Source of the DNA: Octopus vulgaris
Lineage: Eukaryota
Length of the DNA: 64,000 nt
Direction of reading: 5' to 3'
NCBI GenBank assembly: GCA_951406725.2
Contig: OX597821.1
Coordinates: 4,092,001 to 4,156,000, forward strand
A program made the position numbers and the translations under genes. Below the pieces are notes generated by a model. That model was not told the origin of the DNA. It saw only the letters and a program-made list of their open reading frames with translations, and did no database searches. Of the stretch, positions 58,398-64,000 are shown piece after piece. The number at the start of each line of letters is the position of its first letter. Positions within the stretch are counted from its first letter, which is position 1.

Positions 58398-58452
<55 letters not shown>

Positions 58453-58689
58453 GAACTAAACAGTGCAAATGAGGTTGTTTGTACAAATATATGTTATACG
58501 TAACACAGTTTGCATACACTCAGAATATCTTCATAGAGTGTATCACACAATAATCTAGTTCTTGAATCACAATTTAATAATCAATAAATGATTATCAGCT
58601 ATTCTGATTGAGGAAATGAATAGAAGAAACAGTAGATTGGTGATTTAGTTGTAGAAATTAGAATTAAAGAAATAGTTTTCAGATTTTGC

Positions 58690-58887
58690 CACAATGCCAG
58701 CAGTTTTTTGGTGGCGTAAGTCAATTACATAGGCATCAGTGCCCAACTGGTACTGATTTCATTGACTCCGAATGGGATAAAAGCCTAAGTCGACCACAGC
58801 GGAATTTGAATACAGAACGTACAGACAAACCAAATGCCGCTCAGCGATTTTCCTGCCATGCTAACGATTCTGCCAGCTCGCCGCCTT
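58690..58887 (-). mobile_element. SINE family C
   Basis: gctaacgattctgccagctcgccgcctt is the inverse of the head at 14520. Confidence 0.8.
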
Positions 58888-59299
58888 ATGTGGGTGATTA
58901 AAGGAATGTTGATCTCAGCACCCGCATTTACATGTTGCCTGCCGTAATAACATTTAATTCTTGACTATTTTCCGTAGGATTCCAATATACTTTACAATCA
59001 ATTACGGAAAAAAATTGATAGGTCTTTCGTAAGTAGAGATCGACAAATTTCGAAAACACTAACCAGGTGCAATCCTCAAAGTTTTCGACCTGCTGAATCC
59101 ATAAATGGATCATTGACTTATTCGTAATTGTTTTTATGCAGGCTAGCGTTTAAAAATATTTCAGGCCACCATTTCACGCTGTTATATGCATGGTACATGA
59201 GAGAGAGAGACTCTGTGTGTGTGTATGTATGTATGTGTGTATCTTAGATCAAAGGATCATAGACACACAAGAAAGGTAGCTTCAAACAATCCGCAGTAA

Positions 59300-61110
59300 A
59301 TATAAAAAAACAACTTCCAGAAACAATAGCGGTTTCTTGAGACGGAAGATTATGGATATTTTCATCATCGAAGTACGATAAATTGAAAAAGAGTTATTTT
59401 TAAATTTCACGGTAAGCAACCAGGTTGGCGGGTATGCGAATATCAATACAAGAGTTAAGGAACGGAGCAGATATGGTGCGGATTACATATGCTTCATAGC
59501 CAGAGGAACCTTAGAAGAGGTAATTATCCAAGCAGGCTACTCTTCAGGCCAAAGATATCTTGATTAAATGCAAGTTTATGTTGTCGCAATAAGATACATG
59601 TTAACACATAGAAGATTCAAAGAGAATGTGTGATATAGGAAGCACGATGTCTTCTGTTTCAGCCCAATTTTCGGTTCGTATTCTTCAACCAAATCGGTGG
59701 AAGATTTGTTGCTGCTTCTGACGAAAGTTTTCTAAATCTAATCGGTATGATGCTATTTTTAATCGGCACACCGTGAAAGTATCCTACTCTAACTCAGCTA
59801 ATGTAGAGCAGCTTATGCATCGCATGAACAATAGCAATAACACAACTACTGGGTCTAGCGAATATACGCATCTAAATACTAACAAATGAGATGTTAACCG
59901 TAATACAAAACATTTATTACGGTCAAATTATAATAGTAGAAATACTTATGATACAGCTAACACGGTAACAATGTCGGGACACGGTAAATGGAGTCGGGAC
60001 TACCCTATTATAGAAATAGATACGATAAATGCTCATGCACAGAAAAAACAAAACTTAATATTTGAAAGACGTTTTTTATTATCGTATAGAAAAGAGGTGG
60101 GGATTATTTGAAATTGGTGAGAGGATGTTACCCTTCCACTGGAAATGTGTCGAGAAAAATTGCAACTTAACGAGATCACTAACAGGGACAACTGAGGAGC
60201 TGGAACTTTACGAATATTTCAAAGCTTAAATGTTTAGATTCTGCGTGAGTCTTCAGTAAGTCGTTCCAACAACGGTTAGAAGCCGTTTTATCATCATAAA
60301 ATACATTTTATGAATATACAATTACATAGAAATGATTGCTTGTGCGGTATTTTATTAACATAGAATAATAAGATAACATTTTTTCAATATATAATTACAT
60401 AGAAACGTTTCCTTGCTTGATATTTTGTGGTTGAAAAATACACTTTTCATTTTCTTTACCACGACTTCTCAAAGATTTTCCGTAAACGATGAAATTTTAA
60501 AGTCTCGTGCACATTACCTTTTAGCAAAGAATGGGAGAAAAATATTAAATGATAATTGGTAAATCATATATGAACAGGAATGGTTTCTTCAACAGACCCA
60601 AGTACAGCTTTCGTCTACCAAAGATTTTAATAAATTGTACGATTTAGCAGAATCGACGCAAGCATTGAACCGAGTAGAAGGATAGAACTACAATATACCA
60701 TATAATTTCTAAGTGAACATCTTAACCGCAGTACAATTACTGCAAACAAACTTATTGCTGATCCGAACTGACAGAAAGGAATTTCAAAACTTGGAGAAAT
60801 TCAGTTCGTTACCATAATTGATGCAGTTCTTTACAATGACATGTACGAAATATATTTGGAAAGGAAAAAAAATACAAATAATATGTTATAAAACTAACCA
60901 GCAACAATAAGTGCCAAAATGCAAGTAATATGCTATGATTTCATTCAGGAATCAGTTGTTAATACCAAAGAGGAAAATTTGTGAGTAATCCTCTTTCGAA
61001 ATTCACTATAAATTTAGTCCGAGATAAAATAAAGGCTGGCATGAGATTATTAAACTAAAACTGGACATTATAGCATCGAAATTTGCATTGAAATAGCCAA
61101 TACTTCCATT
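59300..61110 (+). pseudogene. Possible highly decayed hAT-like transposase
   Basis: Microsatellite-free 1.8 kb with ordered remnants YDTANTVTMSG (about 59948), KCSC (about 60028), ESSVSR..QQ (about 60248), NLVRDKIKAGM (about 61012). Confidence 0.35.
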
Positions 61111-61199
61111 TGTCTCCCAACAGACAATGTAGAATCCTACACCCCGATTTATTTTTATAATGCATGGCATCGGTAATTAAATAACAACAGAACTGTATC

Positions 61200-61750
61200 T
61201 ATCTAATATATTCGCAGGTCGTAAACTGTTTACTGGGCAAATAGGAACGCTCATAAAAAGCTGCATTTTACAATAACTAGAGGCAATTTCGAGAATAAAA
61301 CTGTCAAGCAATCTAAGCGAGAAAATAAATATAATGAAAGTAATAACCACGTAATATATTATGTAAACAATACCCATTATCAATGTAAATGAAACTGCAA
61401 TATGAAAACTGCGATAATAATTCTTTATCGGAGCCTTCTGTCCAAAATCAGAAGGCATAAAGTAGGACGGCCGACGAAAATAAATTGAATTGCATAGATA
61501 AATGTGGTAAAGAATGCAGACGCAACACAGAAGCGCGATAGAAAATGGTAAGAGTGAAGAATTGAAAGTAAATTTAAAATACCTCACCCACACTAAACCT
61601 TATGAAGCTAGTATTTATCGCGATATTTTATCATCAGCTTATATGATATGTTTGTATACTATAAATGGCAGTTACTGACAAGCGCCACTGAAAATATAAA
61701 TTTACAAGAGTATTTGATTACTTTACGGAATAATATTATATCAAAAGGCC
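61200..61750 (-). pseudogene. Possible class-B/adhesion (Methuselah-like) GPCR TM4-TM7 relic
   Basis: Minus: KYSCKFIFSVALV ... AS*GLVWV ... SLLPFSIALL, frameshift, AFFTTFIYAIQF ... FHIAVSFTLIMGIVYIIYY..IIFIFSL; hydrophobic blocks in GPCR order. Confidence 0.35.
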
Positions 61751-62125
61751 GTGTAGAATTACTAGACTGCGCATGCGCGCGTTTGTGTCTGCGTATGAGT
61801 GCAGGCACACGTGTGTTTGTGTTCGTGTGCAATGTTTCATAAGACTGCTCAAAAGAATGAAAGAGCAGTTGCAATGTGAAGAGTATGAACACAACAATAA
61901 CGTAGCGAATATATATATATATATATATATGCATGTGTGTGTATATGTGGGTGTGGGTGTGCCGGGGTATGAATGCATACGTATGCATAAATGCATTCGT
62001 GTATGTATATGTAGTACATACATGTATATCAGTATGTATGCCTACGTATATCCATTCGTCTACTGCGCGTCTATTATAATCACTGTAATATTTCAGGAGA
62101 AATACATAAAGTAGTCTTTATCAGG

Positions 62126-62174
<49 letters not shown>

Positions 62175-62177
<3 letters not shown>

Positions 62178-62580
62178 TTACTTGCTTCAGTCATTTGACT
62201 GCAGCCATAAAGTTGAAGGGTTTAAATCAACGAAATTGACCTCAAGCTATATTTTTTTTAATTACTTATTCTATAGTCCTACAGGACTGTAGACTATTCT
62301 ATAGTCCTGTAATTTACGGGGACGTAAACGCACCAACACTAGTTCTCAAGCAGTGATGTTGGGGATGGAAAACACAAACAAAAAGGCACCCACACACACA
62401 CACAGATATATAGATATGTGTCTATACGACTGTGTTCTTTCAGTTTCCGTTTATGAAATCCACCCACAAGTCTATGGCCAGCCCAGTGTTATAATGGAAG
62501 ACACTTGCTCAAATGGACAGGATCCGGTACTATGACGTTGAGAAGCTAGTTTCTTACCTCACAGCCACGCACATGCGCCT
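62175..62580 (-). mobile_element. SINE family A, decayed
   Basis: ttttacttgcttcagtcatttgactgc tail to cttacctcacagccacgc head. Confidence 0.8.
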
Positions 62581-63050
62581 ATGCTCATGATATATATGAA
62601 AATTATATATATATATATATATTATGGGCACATACCTAAATGGGAATCGAACTAGTTTCGTTGCTATGAACGAATATACATATCCGCGTGTGAGTTCGTG
62701 TTGTGTGCGCGCGAACGAGAGCATGTGCGTGTATGTGTGTGTATGTGTGTTTTGTGTGTGTGTGTGTGTATATGTATGTGTGTTTACGTGAGCGCCTCTG
62801 CCTATATGCGTGCGCTCGTATGTGTGTGTGTGTGTGTCTATATGCGTGTGTCGGCAGGTGGTGAACTATCGTAGGAATTTTATTATTTCTTACATTCTCC
62901 ATAAGTAAAGTTTTTGATGTATTTATGTTTATCGGTTTTCCGTTTTCTTAATTAGCTTCACATACAAGGCTAAGACATATTTTTCTGTCTCCCTTTGTCT
63001 CTCTGTCTCTTTCTTTCGCTGTAGATAGATAGATAGATAGATAGATAGAC

Positions 63051-63138
<88 letters not shown>

Positions 63139-64000
63139 TAATTTCAATATGTAAGTAAAACCAAATACTAATAGTTTGATATATTTTATTACGTATGCTT
63201 CAGATCTGCATAATATGTAATAGGAAATTCTCCGTTACAGACCTTAATGAAAACATTTAAAAATATAAAACAATTGATGGAATTCTGCAATACGTATGGT
63301 CAGAGCAGTCAATCGGCGACTAAGTTAGAAGGATGATATTGTGTGTTGTATTTATATTCGTATTATCTTTTTTTTTGTATTTATATTCGTGTAACTTCGT
63401 CCGTTTTTCTGTCCTTGTTTCGCATACATTCGATCATTTTTCCAAGAAATCGAATGCTCAAAGTTTAATCTTTCCTTCGAGCTGGGCAGATGGGAGCAAT
63501 CTCAAGATTAATCAGCCGAAATTGCGAGGATGATCCGGTTCTTGACTGAAGATTAGAGGCTTCGAATGACCCGTCCGTGTTTTTTGTATCTTCTATGTGA
63601 AAGTTTTGCGTTCTTGTCCCATTTTGTTAAAGAGTATATACAGGTTTATATATACTTGTAGATATATAAATATATATGCATGCAGATATGTATTGACAAA
63701 TAATACGATATTTCTTCCTGAATCAATGTTAAATTTGATTGCTTATGGAACCTGCACTTCTCACCTGGCATACGACGCCAAGTATGCCACTACTCACCTT
63801 ACCCACGTTTAGAGACGTTATTCCACTTACTCTCCCCTCCCATCCGTCCGTCATTCACACTATTTCTTCTACCGCTTGTGTGAAGCTTATGTGTTCCTGC
63901 ATTTCTTAACAATTTGCCGTCCCATTTTCCTTTAGATAATGTAAATTGTAATTTCTCATTTATTTCTCTCTATTCCATGTTTCTCTGAAGAAGGACAATT

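Noticed and set aside
63985-64000. CTGAAGA at the window end, possible start of another HHR
   Set aside because: Truncated by the window edge; cannot be evaluated.

Overview
AT-rich, microsatellite-saturated eukaryotic DNA. The SINE families, repeat content and composition look like an octopod cephalopod (Octopus-like) genome; this is an inference, not a database result. No intact protein-coding gene is visible, and nearly all ORF-track entries are translations of (TA)n, (GATA)n, (CA)n or (TAA)n. The window holds many tRNA-derived SINE copies from at least 3 families, decayed LINEs (RTE, CR1-like, R4/Dong-like RLE, L1/Tx1 ORF1), a Penelope-like GIY-YIG fragment, two mariner relics, a Helitron/Helentron-type element and a possible hAT relic. 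The main hidden signal is a set of about 10 minimal type-I hammerhead ribozyme (HHR) motifs with palindromic helix III, from several unrelated families. Two sit in a retrozyme-like element with a 312-341 nt monomer, partial tandem repeat, inverted 5' segment and, in one copy, an 11-bp target-site duplication. Also noted: a possible spliced FGF-like (beta-trefoil) pseudogene, a decayed class-B/adhesion GPCR-like fragment, candidate micro-exons, a 298-bp local inverted duplication and a strand bias of (GATA)n arrays. All structures and alignments were read by eye.
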